DNA of 64,000 nucleotides from Verrucomicrobiota bacterium. GTDB taxonomy: Bacteria; Verrucomicrobiota; Verrucomicrobiia; Chthoniobacterales; UBA10450. The stretch is taken from positions 2,463 through 66,462 of the forward strand of contig JBEEGV010000028.1 in assembly GCA_041167085.1 (NCBI GenBank). The letters run 5' to 3'. The first letter of the stretch is position 1. Each line of letters begins with the position of its first letter. Below are positions 1 through 8,993 of this stretch, piece after piece. The notes under the pieces were generated by a model. That model saw only the letters and a program-made list of their open reading frames with translations. It was not told the origin of the DNA and did no database searches. Made by a program: the position numbers and the translations under genes.

Positions 1-717
1 CAAAAATTTTTGCGCACGGTCAGGCACTGCGAAGCAGTTGTCGCAGGAAACGATTATCTGGCCTGCTTCGCAGAAGCCTGTGGGCTCCCGGCGGTTGTTC
101 TTCCGACCTCGGTCGATATGGCGCGCTACGATATCAAACAGCACAACGACGGCCGTGGGCTAACGGTCGGCTGGCTGGGGCTGAGCGACGGTCTCGTCTA
201 TCTTCGTCACATCCAGCCGGCATTGCGCCGTCTAGCCGAATCTTTCCCGGGCCTGAAACTGAAGGTCGTCTCGGACAAACCGCTGCAACTTGAAGGCGTA
301 GTGGTGGAAAATGACGAATGGCGGGCGGAAACCGAGCAGAAAAATCTCATGGAATTCGATATCGGCATTATGCCGCTGTGGGACTCGGTTTGGACTCGGG
401 GCAAATGTGGTTACAAGATTTTACAATACATGGCGGCCGGCCTACCCGCTGTGGCATCGGCCGTGGGCGCAAATACAGATATCATCACGCACGGGGAGAA
501 TGGTTTTTTGGCGCGAACCCAGGACGACTGGGTGCAGTGTATCGCAAGTCTGATCGAAGACGCATCGCTGCGAAGACGCCTGGGAGAATCGGCTCGGGCC
601 ACGGTGGAAAAGAATTATTCGTTAGAATCGTTCGCGGGAGAATACATCAAGCTTTTGCGTGCCATCGCGGAGCAAAAAAAGATCGAACCCCGGCTGCCTA
701 ACGAGATAGTGGCTTAA
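1..717 (+). CDS. glycosyltransferase family 1/4 (GT-B fold), C-terminal part; 5' end lies outside the window
   Basis: Reading frame is open from base 1. Typical GT1 C-terminal region GYKILQYMAAGLPAVASAVGANTDIITHGENGFLA. Confidence 0.8.
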   Translation, partial: QKFLRTVRHCEAVVAGNDYLACFAEACGLPAVVLPTSVDMARYDIKQHNDGRGLTVGWLGLSDGLVYLRHIQPALRRLAESFPGLKLKVVSDKPLQLEGVVVENDEWRAETEQKNLMEFDIGIMPLWDSVWTRGKCGYKILQYMAAGLPAVASAVGANTDIITHGENGFLARTQDDWVQCIASLIEDASLRRRLGESARATVEKNYSLESFAGEYIKLLRAIAEQKKIEPRLPNEIVA

Positions 718-766
718 AGATACGTTCGCCGGTTCGAGCCAATAAGGGTTGGCTGCAGCTGAGCAG

Positions 767-1636
767 CTACGCGTTATATCCAAATGTTTTAGCGACAGGA
801 TGTCGGGAAAGCAATTCGCCCGCACCGGGAAGGTTTTTCCAAATGTCTGATGTGTCCGGTCGAATGCTGGCAGCTGCTTCCTTCATTTGTTCGTCGCTAA
901 AAGTAAGTTCACAAAAGTTAGCCACCTCCGTTAACGATCCCGCCGGGTTCGCCTGGATATCTTCAAAACGGATGCACTGATAATGGGTAGTGTAGGCAGC
1001 CACCGCCCGCCCCGCTTCCATGTAGGCGATGGCCAGATCCAAGCAGTGATTTAGATCTTGAACCCGGCCGGTTGGCGGATCGCCCTTGGCTTGGAAACCG
1101 AGCTCGCGTTTTTGCATGCTCGCAGCAACCGCGAGGGGATGGCGAACGATCTGCAAAATGCGGGCCTCAGGAAACAGATCTACCCAGCAACTGGCGAAGA
1201 GTGTCGTGCGTGGCTCTTTCCAACCCCACGGTTTCCCCGGCCTGACCCGGCCGAGAAAGGGTAAATTCAAAGGGCCGCGAAGACCGAAAATGCGCTCGAA
1301 ATTGCGCAGATGTCTCTGGAGATAATCTATGCAGTCTGCCCGACCTCGCGGCGTTTGCACCCGCTCCAGAAAGGGAGTCGGTTCATGCCACGAAGCGCCC
1401 AGACTTTGCAGGTAGTCGTTATGCAACTGTCGCATCTCCCTGGGTTCTTCGTGGCTGTCCAAGTGGCGACCGATGTGCAATCCAAGTATGCGAAGTGCCC
1501 GTGCCGTAGCCGTCGTGCCGGAACGATGCGCTCCAATGACGATAACAGGTGGGCGTTGGAGCGACCGTTTGGAGTGGCGCGATCCTTCCATCCGGCCCAA
1601 CCTAGCACAACCCCGGCTCGCGCAGGCGTCCGGCAC
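767..1636 (-). CDS. sulfotransferase family protein
   Basis: PAPS 5'-phosphosulfate-binding loop VIVIGAHRSGTTATARAL near the N-terminus. Size fits the family. The true start may be the internal Met at 1591. Confidence 0.7.
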   Translation of the reverse strand: MPDACASRGCARLGRMEGSRHSKRSLQRPPVIVIGAHRSGTTATARALRILGLHIGRHLDSHEEPREMRQLHNDYLQSLGASWHEPTPFLERVQTPRGRADCIDYLQRHLRNFERIFGLRGPLNLPFLGRVRPGKPWGWKEPRTTLFASCWVDLFPEARILQIVRHPLAVAASMQKRELGFQAKGDPPTGRVQDLNHCLDLAIAYMEAGRAVAAYTTHYQCIRFEDIQANPAGSLTEVANFCELTFSDEQMKEAAASIRPDTSDIWKNLPGAGELLSRHPVAKTFGYNA

Positions 1637-1729
1637 CGATAGACTCGCCGCAAAATTCGCGGGGTTGCGTTGGAGCTGTTAGCTTGCGCCAAAGGCACCT
1701 GGCGCATCACGGTCTATTCGTCTATTCCC

Positions 1730-3757
1730 ATGAGAAGAGAGCAAAATGACAAAGGGGCCGCGCCGCCGCTTTCCGCTTTGGAGGCCATCAATCGGTCCAT
1801 TCTCGACTCTGCTCTCGATTGCATCATCGCGATGGATTCTAAAGGCATCGTGCGCGAGTTTAATCCGGCGGCCGAGCGCGTTTTTGGTTATCGCCGCGCG
1901 GAAACGGTGGGCCAGGAGCTGGCCACCTTAATCATTCCGGAGCATTTGCGAGACCAGCATCGCAAGGGTCTCGCCCACTATCTCAAAACAGGTTCCGGTC
2001 CGGTGTTGAATCGCCGGATCGAAATCAACGCTCTGCGGCACGACGGGTCCGAAATCACCGTTGAGTTGGCGATTACACCGATTGATGTGGATGGATCGCC
2101 TTTTTTTACCGCCTATTTGCGCGATATCACCGAACGGAAACGCGGTGAAGATGCGCGGCGCCGCCTCGCCGCCATCGTGGAATCTTCCGAGGATGCGATT
2201 CTCAGCAGCGATTTAGACACGACGATCACGAGTTGGAATGCTGGTGCCGAGCGCTTATTTGGTTACACCCCGGCTGAAGTAATTGGGCAGTCCGTCATGA
2301 TGTTGATTCCGCGTGAACGACGAGATGAGGAGCCGCGGATTCTGGAACGCATCCGGCGCGGGGAAGCCATTGAGCATTACGAAACGGTTCGCGTTCGAAA
2401 AAACGGAACGTCTTTCAACGCCTCTCTTATGGTTTCAGCAATCAAAGACGAAAACGGTGTAGTCATCGGGGCATCGAAGATTGCGCGCGACATTACTGAT
2501 CGAGTGCGAAATGAGCGTCGCCGTCTCACGCAATACACGGTCGCAAGTTTGCTTGCTGGCTCGTGGACGTTGGCGGAAGCGAGTCCGCCGATTTTGCAGG
2601 CAATTGCCTCCATGGGCGATTGGGTCTACGGCGCGATCTGGTTGCTGGATCCCGAAAGTAATTCGCTCCAATGCCAGGGAGTCTGGCATCGGCAATCACC
2701 TGAGCTGGAGAAGTTCGCGGCAACATCGCGTTCGCTGCGGTTCGCAAGCGGGCGCGGACTTCCCGGTCGCGTCTACCAGTCCGGAAAGGCGACCTGGATC
2801 GAGAACGTAAAAGAAGATTCGAATTTCCCCCGGGCCGATGCCGCTGTCGGGGCAGGTTTGGTTGGAGGGTTTGCCTTTCCGCTTCTTGCCGGGACTGCGG
2901 TGAATGGTGTCATTGAGCTGTTTAGCCAGCGTCGCGTTCAACCGGACGAGGACTTGTTGAAACTGGTAGATGCGCTTGGGAGCCAGGTTGGTTTATTTCT
3001 TGAACGCCGCAGGATTGAACACGAGCTGCAACACGCCAAGGAGGCGGCCGAGGGGGCGAACGCGGCAAAGGATCGTTTTCTGGCGATGCTAAGCCACGAA
3101 CTGCGAACGCCGCTCACACCTGTTTTGATCTGGGCGGCCGGAATGATGAGTGACTCCGCACTCGATCCCGAAATCCAGCAGGGACTGAAGATGGTATGCC
3201 GAAATGTCGAACTTGAAGCGCGCTTGATTGACGACTTGCTCGATCTGACCCGAATCACGCGCGGCAAATTAAAGCTACAACGGGCGCGCTCGAACGTGCA
3301 CGAGCTTCTGCATCACGCGCTGGACATCGTCAGCAGCGAAATGGGCGAGCGGCAAGCGCCCGTCGCATTCGAGTTACGCGCTGCGCAGCCTGAATGCGTT
3401 ATCGACGGCCCCCGGATGCAACAAGTGTTTTGGAACATTTTCCGTAATGCTTACAACTACACGCCGTCGGACGCCGCGATTTCCGTGCGCTCACGCAATG
3501 TCGACGATCAGATCATCATCGAAATCATGGATAATGGCGCTGGAATTGAATCGCAATTCCTGGAGAAGATATTCGATACCTTCGAACAGGTCGATGCCGG
3601 CCGTGAAGGCCTTGGATTAGGCCTTGCCATTAGCAAAGCGATCATTGAAATGCATGGCGGTTCCATTTGTGCGCAAAGCGACGGCGCGGGTAAAGGAGCA
3701 ACCTTTGTCATCACGCTACCGTTAAGCGGCGCTGATTCAGGCGTCTTACCGAAATAG
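1730..3757 (+). CDS. sensor histidine kinase, PAS-PAS-GAF-HisKA-HATPase (cytoplasmic, no adjacent response regulator)
   Basis: H-box SHELRTPLTPV. G-boxes DNGAGI and GLGLGLAISKAIIEMHGGSI. Two PAS-like repeats (FGYRRAETVGQ / FGYTPAEVIGQ) and a GAF-like segment. ATG at 1730; the ORF is open from a TTG at 1670. Confidence 0.9.
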   Translation: MRREQNDKGAAPPLSALEAINRSILDSALDCIIAMDSKGIVREFNPAAERVFGYRRAETVGQELATLIIPEHLRDQHRKGLAHYLKTGSGPVLNRRIEINALRHDGSEITVELAITPIDVDGSPFFTAYLRDITERKRGEDARRRLAAIVESSEDAILSSDLDTTITSWNAGAERLFGYTPAEVIGQSVMMLIPRERRDEEPRILERIRRGEAIEHYETVRVRKNGTSFNASLMVSAIKDENGVVIGASKIARDITDRVRNERRRLTQYTVASLLAGSWTLAEASPPILQAIASMGDWVYGAIWLLDPESNSLQCQGVWHRQSPELEKFAATSRSLRFASGRGLPGRVYQSGKATWIENVKEDSNFPRADAAVGAGLVGGFAFPLLAGTAVNGVIELFSQRRVQPDEDLLKLVDALGSQVGLFLERRRIEHELQHAKEAAEGANAAKDRFLAMLSHELRTPLTPVLIWAAGMMSDSALDPEIQQGLKMVCRNVELEARLIDDLLDLTRITRGKLKLQRARSNVHELLHHALDIVSSEMGERQAPVAFELRAAQPECVIDGPRMQQVFWNIFRNAYNYTPSDAAISVRSRNVDDQIIIEIMDNGAGIESQFLEKIFDTFEQVDAGREGLGLGLAISKAIIEMHGGSICAQSDGAGKGATFVITLPLSGADSGVLPK

Positions 3758-3767
3758 AAACATCAGT

Positions 3768-4733
3768 ATGAACATAAAATTATTGGCCGTCATCTCTGCT
3801 CTCTTGTTCTGCGTAAACCCGGCCTGGGGCGGAGAGAAAAATGTCATTCGATTTGGCCATTTCCCTAACATCACACACGCCCAGGGTGTGATTGCTCACG
3901 CGCTTTCGCGACAAGGCAAGGGTTGGTTTGAGCAGCGCCTCGGCCCGGGCACCGAAGTGCGGTGGTACACCTACAACGCCGGGCCCTCGGCGATGGAAGG
4001 CATTTTCGCCGGTTCGATCGACGTGACCTACGTCGGGCCGGGACCAGCGCTCAATGCTCATTTCAAGTCCAACGGTGACGAAATTCGCGTGATCTCGGGC
4101 GGCGCCACCGGTGGCGCTGCTTTGGTTGTTGGGCCCGACAGTGGGATTAACAAAGCCGCCGATTTCCGGGGCAAAAAGATCGCGACGCCCCAACTCGGAA
4201 ATACCCAGGATATTTCATGTCGGGCGTGGCTTAAGAAAAATGGCTTCAACGTCACGCTGACCGGCGGCGACGTTGTGGTAATACCGACAGCAAACCCCGA
4301 CCAACTCGGGTTGCTCCAGTCTCGGGGTGTCAGCGCGGTTTGGACGGTCGAACCATGGGTGACCCGACTTGAACGAGAGGCGAAGGGCCGCATTTTCCTC
4401 GAAGAAAAGGATGTCATCACAACCTGGCTCGTCTCGAGCGTGAAGTTCCTTAAAGAGAAACGCGACCTGGCCAGGAAAATCGCGGAGGCAAACGCGGAGC
4501 TGACAAGGTGGATTTCAAGCAACGAAGCAGAAGCGCAAAAACTCCTCATCGAAGAACTGAAAGAGGAAACCAAATCGTCTTTTGCTCCCGACGTCGTGGC
4601 GCAAGCCTGGAAGCGGATCAATTTCACCACCGAAGTGCCGAAAGATCTGGTGAGTAAATCGGTGGAAGATGCGAAGAGCGCAGGATTTGCAAAGGGCTCG
4701 ACCGATACCTCAAAACTGATCGAGATTTTCTGA
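3768..4733 (+). CDS. ABC transporter substrate-binding protein, NitT/TauT (sulfonate/nitrate/taurine-like) family
   Basis: Signal peptide MNIKLLAVISALLFCVNPAWG. SsuA/NMT1-like sequence context. Lies directly upstream of the matching ATPase and permease. Confidence 0.7.
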   Translation: MNIKLLAVISALLFCVNPAWGGEKNVIRFGHFPNITHAQGVIAHALSRQGKGWFEQRLGPGTEVRWYTYNAGPSAMEGIFAGSIDVTYVGPGPALNAHFKSNGDEIRVISGGATGGAALVVGPDSGINKAADFRGKKIATPQLGNTQDISCRAWLKKNGFNVTLTGGDVVVIPTANPDQLGLLQSRGVSAVWTVEPWVTRLEREAKGRIFLEEKDVITTWLVSSVKFLKEKRDLARKIAEANAELTRWISSNEAEAQKLLIEELKEETKSSFAPDVVAQAWKRINFTTEVPKDLVSKSVEDAKSAGFAKGSTDTSKLIEIF

Positions 4734-5563
4734 TGTTGCGCCACCGCCACCTGTCGTCTGTCACGGACGAACTTCAGGTCGTCCCGCCATCCAAGCTCGT
4801 CATTGACACAGTTTCGAAGAGTTTCAAAAGCGCCGCCGGAATGGTCCTGGCCCTTGATCGAGTGAGCTTGAACGTCGCGGAAGGTGAATTCGTTTGCCTG
4901 GTTGGAGCAAGCGGCTGTGGAAAATCGACCCTGCTCAATATCATCGCCGGATTGGAAAAGCCCGATAGCGGCACCGTTCTCGCGGACGGCAAACCGGTGA
5001 TCGGCCCGGGCCGGGAACGTTTGGTCATGTTCCAGGAGCCGGCACTTTTTCCGTGGCTTGATGTTTTCGGCAATGTCCTTTTCGGACTGAAACTCAAGCA
5101 CAACCTCACGGCAAAGGATCGTCGTGACGTGGCGCGGTATTATTTGGAGCTGGTCGGCCTTAGCCGATTTCAACATGCCCATATTCATGAGCTTTCCGGT
5201 GGGATGAAGCAGCGCGCCTCACTCGCGCGCGCCCTGGCCCCGAATCCGCGCGTGCTTTTGATGGATGAACCATTTGCCGCGCTCGATGCCCTGACGCGTG
5301 AGCAACTCTACGGAGATATTCAGGAGATCTGGCAGTCACGCCGCAAGACGATCGTATTCGTCACCCACAATGTCCGCGAAGCCGCCTGCCTTGGTGATCG
5401 GGTACTGGTTTTCTCGCCGCGTCCCGGCCGGATTGAGGAAGAATTCAGGGTCGACCTGGCCCGGCCACGTGATTTCAACAGTGTCGACCTTGCAGCTTAT
5501 GCGGGCCAGATCAAGAGCAGGCTGAAGCTCGTGAGCCAGGCGGAATCCGCCGCGACTCCATGA
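4733..5563 (+). CDS. ABC transporter ATP-binding protein (NitT/TauT family)
   Basis: Walker A GASGCGKST, signature LSGGMKQR, Walker B LLMDEPFAALD. Its start overlaps the upstream stop (TGATG). Confidence 0.9.
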   Translation: MLRHRHLSSVTDELQVVPPSKLVIDTVSKSFKSAAGMVLALDRVSLNVAEGEFVCLVGASGCGKSTLLNIIAGLEKPDSGTVLADGKPVIGPGRERLVMFQEPALFPWLDVFGNVLFGLKLKHNLTAKDRRDVARYYLELVGLSRFQHAHIHELSGGMKQRASLARALAPNPRVLLMDEPFAALDALTREQLYGDIQEIWQSRRKTIVFVTHNVREAACLGDRVLVFSPRPGRIEEEFRVDLARPRDFNSVDLAAYAGQIKSRLKLVSQAESAATP

Positions 5564-6327
5564 AACGTTTTCTTTTGGCGTCGTCCTTCTTCGTTTTCCT
5601 CCTTCTGCTTTGGGAGTTGGCCTTCCGCGCGAGAATTTGGTCGCCCGTGCTTCTTCCAGCTCCGATCCAAGTGGCGAGTTATCTGAACTCCGCCATCCGG
5701 GACGGAACGCTGGTGAGTGCGACGCTGATAACCATGCGCCGCCTTCTCGTTGGCTATTTCCTGGGCCTCGTCGGCGGTCTTCCGTTGGGGCTGTTGACTG
5801 CCCGTTGGACTTTATTTCGCGACACAATCGGCACGATGGCTCTTGGTCTGCAAACTTTGCCCAGTGTTTGCTGGGTGCCGCTCGCTTTGCTTTGGTTCGG
5901 CCAGACCGAGGCCGCCATGCTCTTTGTCGTGGTGATGGGAACCCTGTGGTCGGTCGTGATCGCCACGGAAACCGGTGTTCGTAACGTGCCACCGATCTAC
6001 CGGCGCGCGGCAATGACCATGGGCTCAAAACATTTGCATATGTGGTTGAAGGTCATTTTACCGGCCGCGCTTCCGTTCATCGTCAGCGGAATGAAACAAG
6101 GTTGGGCGTTTGCCTGGCGCTCGCTCATGGCGGCGGAGATCTTTGTCACGATCCTGACCGGTTTTGGCCTTGGCCAACTTCTCCACTACGGGCGCGAACT
6201 CAGCGCCATGGATCAAGTCATCGCCATCATGTTCGTCATCGTGGTCATCGGTTTGCTGGCCGACAAAATATTCTTTTCGCCCATTGAACGCTTTCTTCAT
6301 CGGCGTTGGGGCACCAGCCAAGCGTGA
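5560..6327 (+). CDS. ABC transporter permease (NitT/TauT family)
   Basis: Six or so hydrophobic segments. EAA-like loop AAMTMGSKHLHMWLKVILPAALP. ATGA overlap with the ATPase gene. Confidence 0.85.
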   Translation: MKRFLLASSFFVFLLLLWELAFRARIWSPVLLPAPIQVASYLNSAIRDGTLVSATLITMRRLLVGYFLGLVGGLPLGLLTARWTLFRDTIGTMALGLQTLPSVCWVPLALLWFGQTEAAMLFVVVMGTLWSVVIATETGVRNVPPIYRRAAMTMGSKHLHMWLKVILPAALPFIVSGMKQGWAFAWRSLMAAEIFVTILTGFGLGQLLHYGRELSAMDQVIAIMFVIVVIGLLADKIFFSPIERFLHRRWGTSQA

Positions 6328-6629
6328 AATTTTTTCGAGAAAAACGTGCTCCTGTTTCGGTCAGTCGAGAGATTCGCATCAGTAACGAGCTCGGACTGCA
6401 CGCGCGCCCGGCCGCGGAGTTTGTCAAACGCGCCAACAGCTTTCGTTCGGAGATCTGGCTGGTCAAAGAGGGCATACGTTATTCCGCGTCCAGTCTGATA
6501 GACATTCTGCGCGCGAACCTGGACTTTGGCGCGACGGCCACGCTCGAGGCGCACGGGGTGGATGCGGAGGACGCGGTCGATCGGCTGGAAAAACTACTCG
6601 CCGAATTTCGCGGCAAGCACGACAACTAG
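6324..6629 (+). CDS. ptsH: HPr family phosphocarrier protein
   Basis: Active-site His motif GLHARPA and a Ser46-like region YSASSLIDIL. The GTG at 6324 overlaps the permease stop (GTGA). An alternative TTG start is at 6306. Confidence 0.85.
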   Translation: MKFFREKRAPVSVSREIRISNELGLHARPAAEFVKRANSFRSEIWLVKEGIRYSASSLIDILRANLDFGATATLEAHGVDAEDAVDRLEKLLAEFRGKHDN

Positions 6630-6651
6630 TCGCCGGCGATTTTCGGCCGTC

Positions 6652-6900
6652 GGAAGCTCCAAGTTCCAAACCTCAAATTCCAATGAAGCGCTAAGCCTTA
6701 AATTTCAAACTCCAAATGGTGGGGCGAGAATCATGCCGCTCTGCGGCAAACTACAAGCCGGGCTCATTTTAGATGCACCAGCCTTCGCCAAGGCTCCGGC
6801 TCGGCGAGCTAGCGGGAGCGTACTCTGTCGAGCCGATTTTCGTTAACAGTTTGGTGGTTTGGGATTTCTTTGGAGCTTGGAACTTGGCATTTGGATTTTC
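6652..6900. repeat. palindromic element: CCAAA-rich left arm (6652-6719) and TTTGG-rich right arm (6851-6900)
   Basis: ggaagctccaagttccaaacctcaaattcc... is complementary in style to ...tttgggatttctttggagcttggaacttggcatttgg. The same family occurs at 21701-21841. Confidence 0.8.
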
Positions 6901-6906
6901 TGCGCG

Positions 6907-7830
6907 TTAGCGCAACGGGCGCGCGACCAGAATTCCGCTGTCGGTCCGAAAGCGATTGAGATAAGTCGATAATCGCGAATCTACGACGACCCGGCCGTAA
7001 TTGCTCGGTGCGGAAGCGTGCAGAAAATGCAGCACGCCATCGTCTGTTCGCAATGCCAGACCCACATGTGATGTGGAATAAAGCCCTCCCCGATCACGAG
7101 AGACGATCCCAATAATGTCGCCACTCCGAAGTTTCGATTCAATCTTGGCGACGCGATTCTTGGGAATTTGGTAGAGCGCTCGGGACGACACGTGGGCTTC
7201 CATTCCAGCGAGCGGACCGAGTAGCGATTTATTTGCCGCCAGATAGCGGTAATGCCTCCAGCCGATGGACATTTCCCGGGCGGAATGTGGCACACTCATT
7301 CCACCCAGTTTCCGGGTCAGATCATCAACCAGTCCGCGACTGTCGTTATCAGCCAGCCAATCTTCCAGATAATGCAGCCGTGAAAGATATTCGCCGGTGC
7401 ATTCTCCGCCCCGATACCGGTCGAGCTCGATGTAATGCAGTAATAAGGGAGGTCCCCAATTTTCCTCCGGCTCGTTCAGCATGCGCGCAAACGCGAGGGA
7501 AATTTCAAAGAAGGTCCAGCAATCCATACCCTGAAAATTGACCGACGGCGCTTCGATGTGGTTGTCGATTTCGAGGGTAAAATGTTTGTAACGGATACCG
7601 ACCAGCGCCTGGCCCACCGCCGCCGTTCGTTCGCCGATCGGCAGTCCCTTCCAATTTTCGCTGTGCGCTTTCTGGACCAGCCGATCGAATTGCTCACGGC
7701 CCCGGAAAACAGTGTTGAACGGAAGACGCGATTCACTGGCGGAAGCGAGCGAACAAAACAGCAGCAAAGGAATAACAACCCTCAAAGTCCCCATGACCCG
7801 CAACTGAATGCCGATTGGTCGTGGGATCAA
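6907..7830 (-). CDS. DUF1460-like (N-acetylmuramoyl-L-alanine amidase-like / NlpC-P60-like) secreted protein
   Basis: Signal peptide. Motifs GMDCWTFFEISLAFA and SGDIIGIV...STSHVGLAL resemble the DUF1460 Cys/His pattern. Confidence 0.55.
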   Translation of the reverse strand: MIPRPIGIQLRVMGTLRVVIPLLLFCSLASASESRLPFNTVFRGREQFDRLVQKAHSENWKGLPIGERTAAVGQALVGIRYKHFTLEIDNHIEAPSVNFQGMDCWTFFEISLAFARMLNEPEENWGPPLLLHYIELDRYRGGECTGEYLSRLHYLEDWLADNDSRGLVDDLTRKLGGMSVPHSAREMSIGWRHYRYLAANKSLLGPLAGMEAHVSSRALYQIPKNRVAKIESKLRSGDIIGIVSRDRGGLYSTSHVGLALRTDDGVLHFLHASAPSNYGRVVVDSRLSTYLNRFRTDSGILVARPLR

Positions 7831-7864
7831 CCGGTTTCACGCTCTGGGATGCCGGAAAGTCCGC

Positions 7865-8899
7865 TCAACGTCGGAACCACGCATCACGCATCGAATAAGC
7901 GCGTGATTTTAGGAATTCCCGCGGTCGTTCGCCAGTGATCGGTTTTAGCCAGTGTCGCAGACTCCGCTTGTTTAGCCGTGGTTCGTAACCGAATTCCGGC
8001 ATAAGATCCCGGCAATGCCACTCCATCCAGCCGATTTGATCTTCCGTTAACTCCTGCTCCCACCGCGTCGTCGGCTCAGTGCTAATCTTCGAAAATTCAA
8101 CACCGGCCGATGAATTCCCGGCCCATGGCCGTCCAGCCTTGGTCGGTCTGAGCACGATCGCCGGGTCGAATGCAATTTCGAGATATCGACAAACCTCTTG
8201 CATGCTTGTTTCCGGTTCGCGAGCGAGTTGTTCATAGGAGACGAGCAGGCCCGGAACTTCGCCGCTTTGGATCCGTCGCGCGAGCCTAGCCGCGGCGCGC
8301 CAGTGCGCCACGACATAATACACAGAGAACTGGCCCGTTTTTCTTTTCTCCTCCAGGCGAATTTGGGCGGCCAAAAGAGCACGAGGATCGCGCATGGTCA
8401 GGAGTAATTTTGCAGAGGGAAAGCGCGAAAAAATATCGGAAACATGATTGCGGTTCGCCGGTGTTTTTTCCACCCAGCGGCTGACATGGTCGAGAGGGAT
8501 ACCGAGGAGTTTCGCGTACGACTCCATGAGAAGGACGAGGAGGTCTCGTTCTGAATTGGCCGGATCGAACGCGACATTTTCGAAGATCTCGAGAAATCGC
8601 TCGTGCGGAAAATCGGCATACTTTTCTTTCCGCTTTCGGGCGTATCCGAAAAGACCTTTCGACCATGATTCTTTGGTCAGGTAATCAAATTGCGCGCGGC
8701 GGCCTCGCTGTCCGTATTTTGTCAGAGCGGTGGCGAAGTAGGCCGTATCTTGCGGGAAGACGAGAAGGTCGGGATGTCCGTCGAGCAAAGCGACGAGAAG
8801 CGTCGTTCCCGATTTTGCCTGACCGGCGATGAAACAGGCGCGGTCATCGAAAGCGAGATTGTGCATCAGGACAGGTGATTGAGCGTGACTTTCTGGCAA
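7865..8899 (-). CDS. sulfotransferase family protein
   Basis: N-terminal PAPS-binding loop FIAGQAKSGTTLLVALL. Size about 340 aa. Confidence 0.7.
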   Translation of the reverse strand: MPESHAQSPVLMHNLAFDDRACFIAGQAKSGTTLLVALLDGHPDLLVFPQDTAYFATALTKYGQRGRRAQFDYLTKESWSKGLFGYARKRKEKYADFPHERFLEIFENVAFDPANSERDLLVLLMESYAKLLGIPLDHVSRWVEKTPANRNHVSDIFSRFPSAKLLLTMRDPRALLAAQIRLEEKRKTGQFSVYYVVAHWRAAARLARRIQSGEVPGLLVSYEQLAREPETSMQEVCRYLEIAFDPAIVLRPTKAGRPWAGNSSAGVEFSKISTEPTTRWEQELTEDQIGWMEWHCRDLMPEFGYEPRLNKRSLRHWLKPITGERPREFLKSRAYSMRDAWFRR

Positions 8900-8993
8900 C
8901 GGATCAACAAACGTTGAAACTACAGACAGCTCGGTTGTTTGCTGTGAAATGTAAATATGGTGGCCGCGATCTACAAACCCGCGATGATGATTG

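Noticed and set aside
4058-5188. 376-aa ORF on the minus strand
   Set aside because: It is entirely antisense to the well-supported ABC substrate-binding and ATPase genes. The sequence is low-complexity and Arg/Ser-rich with no motif. It is a typical shadow ORF of a GC-rich coding region.
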